DNA of 64,000 nt, taken from positions 14,384,001 through 14,448,000 of the forward strand of contig JBHGNT010000006.1 in the NCBI GenBank assembly GCA_043228905.1. The letters run 5' to 3'. This DNA is from Azolla caroliniana. Its lineage: Eukaryota; Plantae; Polypodiophyta. Numbering within the stretch: position 1 is the first letter of the stretch; each line of letters starts with the position of its first letter. The position numbers were made by a program, and so were the translations under genes. The notes beneath the pieces were generated by a model that made no database searches, was not told the origin of the DNA, and was given only the letters and a program-made list of their open reading frames with translations. Shown here piece after piece: positions 47,201-57,858 of the stretch.

Positions 47201-47363
47201 CAAACATAGCTGAAATCTGTCTAGGCATGTCAACATCCAAAATAAACATTCTTCCTTGTCGTTTTCCTTTTGCAATGAGCTTCCCATTCTTTTCTATATA
47301 GCATCCACTTTGCTTAAACTTTACTTGCATACCTTGCTCTACTATCTGTCCAACAGAAATCAC
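44235..47363 (-). CDS. pol: Integrase-RT-RNase H part of the E polyprotein
   Basis: WHKRIGH, CEAC, HTDVWGP, RSDGGGE, YVDDL, YTDADW; 1042 open codons. Confidence 0.93.
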   Translation of the reverse strand: MISVGQIVEQGMQVKFKQSGCYIEKNGKLIAKGKRQGRMFILDVDMPRQISAMFANGMSVVSDVEMWHKRIGHISMQTLKNMLRKDAVGGLPKLKNCEMGKICEACQYGKQNRLPFPHERHVSKNLLDLVHTDVWGPTKNASIGGCRFYVTFIDDCSRKTWVYFMKEKSEVFECFRKFKCMVEKQIGTRIKCLRSDGGGEYFSNEFSDFLCNQGIRRQFTCRYTPQQNGVAERKNRTLVNIARALMTEKNMPLYYWAEAVNTANYILNRCITSGVHETTPEECFYERKPSIEHLKVFGCLAYVHVPVEVRSKLDPKAEKCIFVGYSEEQKGYRCYNPVTKKIVTSRDVIFDELASWYSPKQNPETDEDNEIEDKDKSENVEDCHRDGSKVGQQSPTSTECSGPSKSSDGKSDSNSWSGKSGGQKKCDDKKGKQKMPEYEMLDDLSKNMEDEDSDVSLDDLLGIRGLKIPGMEKALKDANQKLRRSDREKKTVERFGYDTYMAMHYAYMSKVVQIPDPSSFDEAKTEKKWVDAMQEEIDALAENKTWDLVKLPKEKNVVGCKWVYKTKHDSSGNVSRHKARLVAKGYAQMQGIDYDETFAPVAKMATLRTLLAVGATRRWFLHHMDVKNAFLHGNLEEEVYMCQPPGFEDRKHPDYVCKLKKALYGLKQAPRTWHRELSDYLKKLDFKMSKADSSLYVKRKDDCMVVILIYVDDLIIGGDFMDEISKLKRNLEMKFHMKDLGDLRYFLGIEIIRSESGICVLQRQYATTMLKKYGMLGCKPIGVPLDKNCKLRADLGAKIEDVNMYRSMVGSLIYLTITRPDLSYAVGLVSQFMQQPTKPHLDCIRRILRYVKATQNYGLFYKADLDINLEGYTDADWAGSQTDRRSTSGYIFTLGSAGISWSSKKHATVALSSTEAEYRGAAIATCEEVWIRRLLADLGEYIEGTVTIWCDNMSSIQLAKNPVFHARTKHIEVHYHFVREKVIEGEVDLVYVNTNQQVADILTKGLSVEKHTQFRNMMGVVDIDMMDEKHHEKEVVDNPKKG

Positions 47364-47378
47364 AATGCATTACATTCA

Positions 47379-48578
47379 TTACATATACTTAGTCTTTCCT
47401 TTTTCTTCCCACAATGGAATATCTCCAACATGTTCAATTTGGTGAGTACTATTATCACCCGTCTGTACATAGCCAGGAATCTCTGGTTCTCTCAACTTTT
47501 CAAACCAGTTTGCATGTCCAGTCATATGATTAGATGCCCCCGAGTCTACATACCATGTAAACTCTTCATTACATTTCTGTGAGCTTTCAGCCACTGCTGC
47601 TATCTCATGTTGTACCACAAATGCACCATCTTTTTCACAATCTTCACTAGTTTGGGCATAGTTATTCTGCTGTCTCTTTCCTCTTTGCTCATCATTTTGC
47701 TTCTTGTAACATTCAGCCTGTGTGTGGCCTGGTTTTCCACAATACCAACAGCCATCATCATTTACATATGTTTGCTTACCTCTACCTTGGTTGCTCCCCC
47801 TGCCTCTGTTGTTGTTTCTTCCTCTAATGGTTTGTTGTCCTCTTCCTTGATAACCATTATTGTGGGTTCTTGCTGAGCCAAATCTTCCATGGCCTCTTCC
47901 TCGGCCTCTTCCAGCACTATTATATAGGGCTTGCCCCTCATTCTCAAGATTTCCTTTATTTACATCATCCATCTGATTCCTTTCTTCTACTACAAGCATT
48001 GAAATCAGATCTGAGAAACTTGGGATACTATCCCTTGTGAGCATAGAGGTTTTAAAGCTTTTGTATTGGGGTCCCAAGCCTCTCAAGCATATTTCTACCT
48101 TATCATCATCTTCTATCTTTACATTGATAGAAGCAAGTGATTCACATATGCTCTTTATTGTCAAGGCATACTCATTTATTGACATCTTACCTTTTTCTAA
48201 GGTATTTAGCTCAGTCTTCAACTGTAGCTTTCTAGCTTTTGTGTTTACTGCAAACAGTTTTACCAAACTGTCCCAAGCTTCTTTTGGGAGCATAGCATCC
48301 TGTATGTGCCCAAGCATCGAATCTGAGATGCTAAGTGAAAGCCAATGCATTACCTTCCTTGCCCCTTGATTCCAATCTTTGAATGCTTTAATCTGTGCTG
48401 CTGTGGCATTTTCTTCTGGGATCTCCGGAGCCTCTTCTAGGTCTCCTTCAATGTAATCCCAGTATCCTTTCCCCATTAGGAAATTTGTCATTCTAAATTT
48501 CCACGCCGGGAAATTGTTTTTATCTAGTTTCTCTGTAACTATTTGGCCCGCATTCTCTGCAGCCATTATCTCTTCCAA
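47379..48578 (-). CDS. gag: Gag-protease part of the E polyprotein
   Basis: CWYCGKPGHTQAEC knuckle, WYVDSGASNHMT; separated from pol by one small lesion. Confidence 0.92.
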   Translation of the reverse strand: MEEIMAAENAGQIVTEKLDKNNFPAWKFRMTNFLMGKGYWDYIEGDLEEAPEIPEENATAAQIKAFKDWNQGARKVMHWLSLSISDSMLGHIQDAMLPKEAWDSLVKLFAVNTKARKLQLKTELNTLEKGKMSINEYALTIKSICESLASINVKIEDDDKVEICLRGLGPQYKSFKTSMLTRDSIPSFSDLISMLVVEERNQMDDVNKGNLENEGQALYNSAGRGRGRGHGRFGSARTHNNGYQGRGQQTIRGRNNNRGRGSNQGRGKQTYVNDDGCWYCGKPGHTQAECYKKQNDEQRGKRQQNNYAQTSEDCEKDGAFVVQHEIAAVAESSQKCNEEFTWYVDSGASNHMTGHANWFEKLREPEIPGYVQTGDNSTHQIEHVGDIPLWEEKGKTKYM

Positions 48579-51469
48579 CCTAGGCTTTCTGTTACAATTA
48601 CTTCAACAAGTAACTTTCTGATTCAGATCAGCAAACAGAGAAATACCTTTCTCAGATCTATGCACTTTTGTACTCTTCTTTATGAGCAACTCTGCTCTGA
48701 TACCATGTTAAGAAAACATGAAGAAGGCACTCGGGCTCTTCTTATGTGAGCGGCGGATTGTGGTGTGCTAGATCGTTTAGTGCTCAAACACAGAAGGGAA
48801 GGGGGAAGGAGACTTACCTCTGTAGCAGCCAAAAACTTCTTCTATTTCATTATGCACAGAGCTCTACTTGCTCTCGTTTGTTTCTCTCTCTTGCTCTCAC
48901 TCTCTGAGTTCTTTCTCTCTATGCTCACTATCTCTCACAGGGTTCTACTTCCTGTATATCTTCTTCTCTCTTCTTTTTCTTACTCTCTTACTTTCTACCT
49001 AAGTAATAAGTTACTTACGTATGCAGCTAATTAGCTGCCTGTAGCTAATTAGCTATCAGTCGCTAAATAGCTGTCAGTAGCTAAATAACTGTCAGTAGCT
49101 AATTAGCTGTCAGTAGCTAATTAGCTGTTTCTTCTTTATGTTCACAAGTAGCTAAATAACTACTATAGCTTATTTCCCAATAAGCATCGCATACCATGTT
49201 GAGCTTGCTTCTCAACATTTCCTACGCACCCGTACCGACACACCACCTCCTCGATTAGGAACCGACACACTACCGCAATCGTCTTGTTCTGCAGCGCGCG
49301 ACCCTCCACCTAGTTCGTCAAATCCTCCCACGCAAGCACCAAGTACCACATCTGCCCTACCCCCATCGACATAGTTACTAAGTCTACCATCCACTTGAAA
49401 TGGATGGTTGGCGGGTAGGTCGGGTGTAGCTCATCTTGATGTCGGATTGTGGAGTGCAGCTGACAGCTTTCGCACGTCGTCACGAACTGGTGCACATCTT
49501 GGTACAACCCCGACCACCAATATTTCTCTCTCAGTTTCGCGAATGTGGCCCAAGTCCCATAGTGTCCGGCCCAAAGACTCTCGTGGTACGCCGTTAACAA
49601 CCTCTCCTGCTCGTCCTTTCTCGCCACTATGCAGAGTGGAACACTGCCTCGCTTCTTTGGGAGCTTCCATATACTTCCATCCCGTAGGAAGGATCAATAC
49701 GCTTTCTTCCGGATCCGGTTAGCCTCCTCTCTGGTCCATGCCGCGTCCGGCGTCATTGTCCTCAGGAACCTTCTAATCTGGAGCCACTCCCCATCGTACT
49801 CGCTCTCGCTGAACTCGTTAAGCGCCGGAGTGCTCCCTGCCCTTGTTGCTACGCGAGCCGACTCGAAGAAGTCTATGCCGACTTCTTCGTCCTCTGAAAC
49901 CATGCTGTTCTCATTGTCGAACCGCGCTCTAGAAAGCATATCAGCCATGGTGTTGTCCTTTCCGAAGATGTGTCGTATCTCCGGATCCAAGGACTTAATG
50001 TACGCAATCCACCTGAGCATCGCCAAGTCTGGAGTTGCGCATCCGGAAACCATACCGAGGATCGGCAGGCAGATTACTTCTGTCCCTATCAAGTAGTCTT
50101 TATCGGTCTTGACCGCCGAAACGATACCCCACAGTTCGCGCTTAACTTGGGCATATCCTCGCTGTCGCTTATTCAGAACCTTCGCCCCGAACCGGATCGG
50201 GAACCGTGTGCCGCTCTCGTCCTCCTGATTGATCACCCATCCTATCCCGGTCAGGCTCGTATCTACGGTTACGTAGATTGGGACCTCCTTGCCGTAAACC
50301 GCTTTCCGGAGAGTTGGTGCCATAGTAAGTGCCTCCTTCAGTCTCCGGATCGACTCCGTATGCTCCTTGCCCCATTCGAATTTGCGCCCCTTTTTCAGCA
50401 GCCCGTAGAGTGGCTCCGCGACGTGTCCGTAGTGTGGAATCCTGATGTGATAGAACGCGCATGCCCCGAGGAACCTTCAGACCACCGTAACTGACCCACA
50501 ATCGTTCTTCATCACAGAGATGGCCTCCACCTTCGCAGGAGACGGTTTCCGGCTGTAAGGCCCACACAGGTGTCCGACGACCATGATTTCCGATTGACTG
50601 AAAGCCGACTTCTCCTCAGAGAAGGTGAGTTGCGCACCTTCGAGCTTCTGTAGCACCTTCTCGCAATCTTCGATGTGGTCCGAGACGAATCTTTGACACC
50701 CGTCCGGTCCGACCGTTTCATCCTTATCCTCCACCGGACATCCCTTGATCGGAATGTCATCCAAAAATGGCATGGCGATGCCCGGGATGCAGTCCCTTAG
50801 CACCTTGTTCATTGCATTCACCATGTGCACTACCAAGTTTGTCCCTACTTGTGGAAGGGTACACATCTGCACTAGGCCGAGAGGAGTTCGCATCGTCGTA
50901 ATATCCCTGCTTTCTTTGGCCAATTGGAACTGGTCATACCCCGAGTACAGATCTCTGACTGAGTAAATTGAGCTTCCGGCAAAGGCCACCGCGAACTCGT
51001 CAATGGTCGGCCCAATCCCCGCATTCCGAATGGTCACCTGGTTGACAGGCTGCAGGTCTTCAATAAAGCGCAACGTGTCGTTCTTCTTAGGCATGGTAAA
51101 CCACCGATTCGAGTATGGGGCACTCGACGGTTCGAGGATGCTCATCTCCACCTTCTGCTTCAGTAGCTCCATCAGCTTCGGGATGTGAGCTCTGGGTACT
51201 GGAATTGGTTTGAGATTCCACGACACATGCGGTACTGTGAAGATCACCATTGGTTCCACGATCGTCAGGTCCACGCACCCGATCTCTTCCGGCGAGAATG
51301 GAAAGGCCTTCCCATGCCTCCCGAGCATTCCCCGAAACCGTTCCTCCTCCGCCGGCAGTAGAAAGTCACCCCCACCAACCTTGAGCTCCTGTAGCGTTAT
51401 GTCGGTGAACCGGTGTCCTATGCCGGCCGGATCCCGCAGACTTGGGTCCAAACTGACCCCTTTCATCTG

Positions 51470-53039
51470 TAACCCGAAGATTTCCGGATGAAGAGCATGT
51501 GCTACTAACCGATGAGGGGGAGCCAGAAAGATTCGTGGAAGCTAAAAGTGATGCCCATAGCCGCAAATGGTTAAGTGCCATGCAGGATGAGATGGATTCC
51601 CTGCATGAGAACCATACGTATGAATTGGTGGAGTTGCCAAAAGGAAAGAGGGCACTCCGAAACAAGTGGTTGTACAAGTTGAAACCTGGAGATGCCGAAA
51701 ACCCCCCGAGATACAAATCTAGGATCGTGGTGAAGGGGTTCCAACAGAAGAAGGGCGTGGACTTTGACGAGATATTTGCCCCGGTAGTAAAGATGACCTC
51801 CATCCGGACGGTGCTGAGTATAGGGGCAAGCATGGACCTCGAGGTAGAGCAGCTGGATGTGAAGACGACATTCCTTCACGGTGACCTCAAAGAGTAGATC
51901 TACATGCAGCAACCAGTAGGATTCGTGGAGAAAGGGAAGGGGCACCTGGTATGGCGGTGGAAGAAGAGCCTGTACGGACTGAAACAGGCTCCTCGACAAT
52001 GGTACTGGAAGTTCGACTCCTTCATGAACGATCAAGGGTACCACAAGACGCAGGCCGATCACTGCGTGTTTCTGAAGAAGTTCGAGGGAGGCGACTTCCT
52101 GATACTCCTTCTGTACGTGGATGACATGTTGATCGTCGGACGGGACCAAGCCAGAATATGGATGCTGAAGAAGGCTCTCAACCGGACTTTCGCAATGAAA
52201 GACTTGGGTCCGACAAGACAGATGTTGGGGATGCATATCATCCAGAACCGGCCAACGAAGCCATTGTGGCTGTCACAGGAGAAGTACGTGACAAAGGTAC
52301 TTCAGCGGTTCAACATGTTAGAAGTGAAACCGGTCGGATCGACACTTCTGGCAAACTGCAGATTATTCGGTACGCAAAGCCTGAAGAAGAAAGCAGAGAA
52401 GGCAGATAGGATGAAGGTGCCATATGCCTCTGCCGTCGGGAGCTTGATGTACGCAATGGTGTGTACCCGACCGGATATAGGATACGCAGTCGGAGTGGTG
52501 AGCTAGTTTATGAGCAATCCTGGCAAGGAGCACTGGAACGCGGTCAAATGGATACTCTGGTACTTGAAGGGCACTTCAAATATGTCTCCCATTCGGCTCT
52601 GGAAAACCTCAACTTGACGGTTTTACCGATTCGGCATGTCGGCTGATGTGGATACCAGCCAGTCTACATCCGGGTATGTAACGACATATGCAGGGGGAGC
52701 TGTTTCGTGGCAGTCGAGGCTGCAGAAGACGGTTGCGTTGTCAACCACGGAGGCGGAGTACATGGCGGTTGTGGAAGCCGGCAAAGAAATATTACGGATG
52801 AAGGACTTCATCGGTGAGCTTGGTATCCGGCAAGATGAATACCGGCTCTATTGCGACAGTCAAAGTGTCATCCACCTTGCTAAGAATGCGGCCTACCATT
52901 CCCGGATGAAGCATATCCAGCAAAGGTATCACTGGATCCGGGAAAGAGTAGATGACCAGGAGTTCGCGCTGACGAAGATCCACACGGCCGAGAACGAGTC
53001 AGATATGCTGACCAAAGTACTGATACCCGACAAGCTGGT
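51470..53039 (+). pseudogene. pol: Copia M fragment (RT-RNase H, Tork-like), no LTRs
   Basis: QLDVKTTFLHG, LLLYVDDML, AVSWQSRLQ; abrupt junctions on both sides. Confidence 0.88.
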
Positions 53040-54224
53040 CCCTATCGGCCTCGGCCGAGTTTGCTCATCAGTACTGTTCTTCTCACTTCCCATCCGAAGG
53101 GACATGTTTCCTAACAAACTCCCCCTTCACTCCGGCATGGGATGTCTTACTAGTACTTTGGTCAACATATTTGACCCGTTCTCAGCCGTGTGGATCTTCG
53201 TCAGCGCGAACTCCTGGTCATGTACTCTTTCCCGGATCCAGTGATACCTTCGCTGAATATGCTTCGTCCGGGAATGGTAGGCCGCATTCTTAGCAAGGTG
53301 GATGGCACTTTGACTGTCGTGATAGAGCCGGTATTCATCTTGCCGGATACCGAGCTCACCGATGAAGTCCTTCATCCATAATATTTCCTTGCTGGCTTCC
53401 ACAACCGCCATGTACTCCGCCTCCAAGGTTGACAACGCAACCGTCTTCTGCAACCTCAACTGCCACGAAACAACTCCCCCTGCATATGTCATTACATACC
53501 CGGATGTAGACCAGCTGGTATCCACATTAGCCGACATGTCCGAATCGGTAAAACCGTCAAGGTAAGGTTTTCCGGAGCCGAATCGGAGACACATATTTGA
53601 AGTGCCCTTCAAGTACCAGAGTATCCATTTGACCGCGCTCCAGTGCTCCTTGCCGGGATTGCTCATAAACTGGCTCACCACTCCGACTACGTATCCAATA
53701 TCTGGTCGAGTACACACCATTGCGTACATTAAACTCCTGACAGCAGAGGCATATGGAACCTTCATCATATCCGCCTTCTCTACTTTCGTCTTCGGGCTTT
53801 GCTTACCGGATAACCTGCAGTTTGCCGGAAGTGTCGATCCGACCTGTTTCGCATCTGACATGTTGAACCGTTGAAGCACCTTTGTCACGTATTTCTCCTG
53901 TGACAGCCACAATTGCTTCGTTGGCTGGTTCCGGATGATATGCATCCCCAACATCTGTCTTGCCGGACCCAAGTCTTTCATTGAGAAGGTCCGGTTGAGA
54001 GCCTTCTTCAGCATCCGTATTTTGGCTTGGTCCCGTCCGACGAACAACATGTCGTCCACGTATAGAAGGAGTATCAGGAAGTCGCCTCCTTCGAACTTCT
54101 TCAGAAACACGCAGTGATCGGCCTGCGTCTTGTGGTACCCTTGATCGGTCATGAAGGAGTCGAACTTCCGGTACCATTGCCAGGGGGCCTGCTTCAACCC
54201 GTTGAGGCTCTTCTTCAACCGGCA
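53040..54224 (-). pseudogene. pol: Copia N fragment (RT-RNase H, PPT, truncated 3' LTR 53040-53116), inverted relative to M
   Basis: ORF 53127-54218 is closely similar to M; PPT GAAGGGGGAG followed by TGTTAGG. Confidence 0.88.
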
Positions 54225-57200
54225 GGTGAGGGTAGGTCACTAATATTTACATTAGTGAAGGGTATGTTCACTAATGTTAAAAAATGGGCTAATGTGATTG
54301 GATAGAAGGAATGATAGGTGCATGCACTATCATGATTTGGGAAACCAATGAATGGAGACCCTTTTAGAAAGGCACATCTATTCAAGGGGCCTAGGAAAAG
54401 GTATAAATATGAGGCTTAGCTACCCTCTTAAGCACATTACGTCGGAAGGCCGTTGGCTTAGACACCGGTGGTGCGGGCTAGGCTTTCGTCTCGAAGATCG
54501 TTTTTATCTCTTCAAAGGTATTAGTCATCCTTTACTTTGGTCTATTGATTAGTAATAGACTCTTAATAGTGGTATTAGAGCATTTACTGACAATTTGTTT
54601 TTGTTCTTTTGATGTTTTTTGTGTGTGAGCAATGGGGATCTAACAAGGCTCGTCATGCTTTTCACAGGATCAAAAAAACATTCTTAACCCGGTATTCTTC
54701 TTTCTCCATCTCTCTCTCCTTTTCTATGATGTGTTCTTCTTGGTTGCATCAAATTTGTATTACATTTTATTTTCTTTCTTTCTACTTTTTACCATGCTAC
54801 GATTTTAATTATTATTATGCCTCGGGCGCACGTGTTTGCACTAATCGCACACGCTCAACTCATGTCCCTTTTCAATATTGCAATGTATCTCCCACTCTCC
54901 CCTCTCTTGAGCCATCGCTTACAATAATAATTATTCTTGTGCATTGGGTCGAGCATGCTTGCCTAATCGCACACGCTCACCTCATGGCCCTTTTGCATAT
55001 GATGTTGCATATGCCACTTTTCCCTATACTGAGCCATCGCTTGGCCGATTCTATGGGATGTTGTGGCCTTGACGAGGTGTATGTCGCCTACCTATGCCAC
55101 TCTACTCTCTATTGAGCCATCACTTGACCGATTCTATGGGATGTGGTGGTCTTGAGGAGATGCATGTCGACTACCCTCGGGTTTCTTACCTTATGGAATG
55201 CTTAATGTCCATACACCTAATTGATTATTATTCTACCTATTTTTTAATTAAAAAAGCTATCTTTTCCTTTTCTTAAGATTTTCTTATGATTTTCACCTAC
55301 CCACCCACACTTAACTATTTTTTTAACCTTAATTTTTATGTTCATCTACACTATTTACGTGTGTTTCCCTATTGGGTAATGATTTTGTGTAGTCTATTTT
55401 TTTCGTATTAAGTGGGCATCATGCCGTTTTTTAAATATTTTTTCCAAAGCGTCCTCTAGGTTTAACTCATGTAATTGAGCTTTAGAACTCGATTAAAAAC
55501 ACATGAGTTCCCCTATTGATGTTTAAATACTCATAAATTTGAGTACTACATCTTTGCACACAAACCACCACCATTTGTATCAACTTGTGGCTTATGTCAC
55601 AATTGTGCACATTACAATCGCCATATTGGGATGGATATGTGCATACCTCGCACCATCCATTTATTTGTGGTGTTTTTGTTTCGTAGACAACGCATGGGTT
55701 TTGAACCTTGTTTTCGTCACTTTGTGACTCTTATAGGTAGTGACTTCTTTTTCTCTTTTTTTCATAACATTTGCTTGCTACTTGCAAGGCTAGAATATTA
55801 CTTGCGAGTGCACTTGTTTTTGCACGTAATACACTTTCTCGACCATATCAGTACATGTTGGGTTGGCATTCTAATATAAGGCTAACTAGGGAACTACATT
55901 GATGTTAGAACCATGGTTGAGCCTCGGGGAGTCGACATGATTATTCAAGATAGAGATCCGAGAAAGACATCTTAGCTATGTTTTCCCCCATGGTTTTTAA
56001 AACACCATAATGTTACCATAGTTATCGGATCTCGAATCACATCTCATATGTCTAGAGGGGTAAAGACATGAGATGCTTTCTTGGTAAAGTTCTTACAATC
56101 AAAATTTCAAGCATTCATTTTGCTTGTGTATTTTCTGACCTCCTTATTTATATTGCATACCCACAACTTGCCTCATGGAACAAGTTTTGAACGTTGTTGG
56201 AGGGATCTCTCCAACCGAGACCTCTCAACTCCAATCCGCATCTCGCACACAAGCTGAGATCACTATTGACAAATTGCTCACTACTACCTTGAATCAATTG
56301 GCCGAAATGAGGCAAGCCAATATGGCATTGGAAAAGAAATTTGAGGAATTGACTATTAAGTCCAAGAAAGAAGGTGAACCTTCTTTAGTAGTAACACCAT
56401 TCAAGGGAGATAAGAAAGAAAGAACCGAGGAGGCCATTAGCACTTGGCTTGGTCGTTGGGAGTCTCATTTTGAGCTCCACCCCAAGCCTGATGATGTAAA
56501 AATTGGTTATGTCGGGTGTGAGTTAGGTGGCCGAACTACTGCTTGGTGGCGTGGCCTAAGAACTACACAACTTGGGAAGGTTTCGTTGATGTTTTTAAAA
56601 AACAGTTTTGCAGCCACCTTCATAAACTGAACAAGCGCAACACTTGCTCATGTTGTCAAGTAAACTATTTGGAGAAACTAGACTTTCATGTTATCAAACT
56701 ACAATCTGCAGATGTCATTTTAGGATACCCTTGGTTTTTTAATAAAAACTCTTCTTTGTCCATTGATTGGGTTAATCAATAAATCACATTTGAACTTAAT
56801 AATTGTAAACATTTTATTCAATGTTCCAAACTTCCTTCTCGTTCACTTGTGTCTTCTAAATCTTTAAGTGAGTATTTTAATTCATTAATTTATTCGTGTG
56901 TAATTGAAACTACGATTCAATTTTATTATTTTAATATTGATGCCACAAAATTACCACATTATGAACAATGATTACTCGACTCTATTTTAGACGATTTTCA
57001 AGATGTGTTTCCTAACGAATTGCCGCTTACTTTACCAACAAAACGTAATGTGGACCATTAAATTGAACTCATCCCCGGTGCTACTCCTCTGAGCATTCCA
57101 CCTTACCAACTTAGTCGATTAGAAGAGGATGGGATCACTAAACAACTTAAGGAATACTTGAGTATGGGCCACATTAGGTATAGTAAATCACCTTGGGGTG

Positions 57201-57858
57201 CGCCAGTTCTATTAGTTAAGAAAAAGGAAGGTTCATGGCGAATGTGTATCAATTATCGCCGTTTGAATAAAATGACAATTAAAAATGCATATCCATTACC
57301 TCGTGCGGATGATTTGATTGATCGTTTGCATGGGGCCCGATATTTTATGAAAATGACTTACGAATAAGTTATCATCAGATCCGCATTGTCAAGGATGATA
57401 TTCCTAAAACCGCTTTTTGTACGCGCTATGGCCATTATGAGTTTTTAGTCATGCCTTTCGGGTTGACTAATGCTTCAACCTCATTCCAACAAGCGATGAA
57501 TGACGTTTTCCGATATCAACTCGATGAGTTTGTTGTCGTCTTCTTGGATGATATTTTGATATATAATGTTCAACATGTTCTATTTGTTTTGCAAAAGTTG
57601 TGTGACAACTCTTTCTATGCAAAACATTCAAAATGTGATTTTTTCCAAAAATCGATTGTGTACCTAGGTCATTTAATTACGGAAAATTACATCAAAATTG
57701 AACCTTCTCGTATTGAAAAGGTTAAACTTTGGCCCATTCCTCGTAATATTCGTGAACTGTGATCATTCTTAGGGTTTGTTGGGTTTTTACAAAAATCAAT
57801 TAGTAACTATTCCAAATTGACTACGCTATTAATTGACCTTTTAAAAGGTCATCCACGT
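54225..57858 (+). mobile_element. Decayed Ty3/gypsy P (relative of O): LTR ~54225-54568, PBS 54570-54581, 1.6-kb leader, gag 56175-56630, protease remnant, RT
   Basis: [43 protein letters not shown]; interrupted by K. Confidence 0.88.

Larger units (their letters stand above)
43687..49217 (-). mobile_element. Full-length young Ty1/copia E (Bryco-like, AT-rich)
   Basis: LTRs at 43687-44216 and 48706-49217 are nearly identical (one 18-bp unit difference); TSD TTTCC; PBS 48694-48705; PPT 44217-44227. Confidence 0.97.
41536..51469 (-). mobile_element. Non-chromo Ty3/gypsy J (FLDD-type RT, related to K), 5' part lost; host of L and E
   Basis: 3' LTR 41536-42090, PPT 42091-42103; RT DLYSGYDQ/LPQ/FLDDIPIKG at 50477-51466; RNase H VTVDTS; integrase WMVDLV...AYNPEANG; GPY motif. 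Confidence 0.9.

Noticed and set aside
47364-47385. Programmed gag-pol frameshift or readthrough in E
   Set aside because: The conserved VPTITKNL-type residues are missing and ATGTAATG is duplicated, which indicates a mutational lesion.
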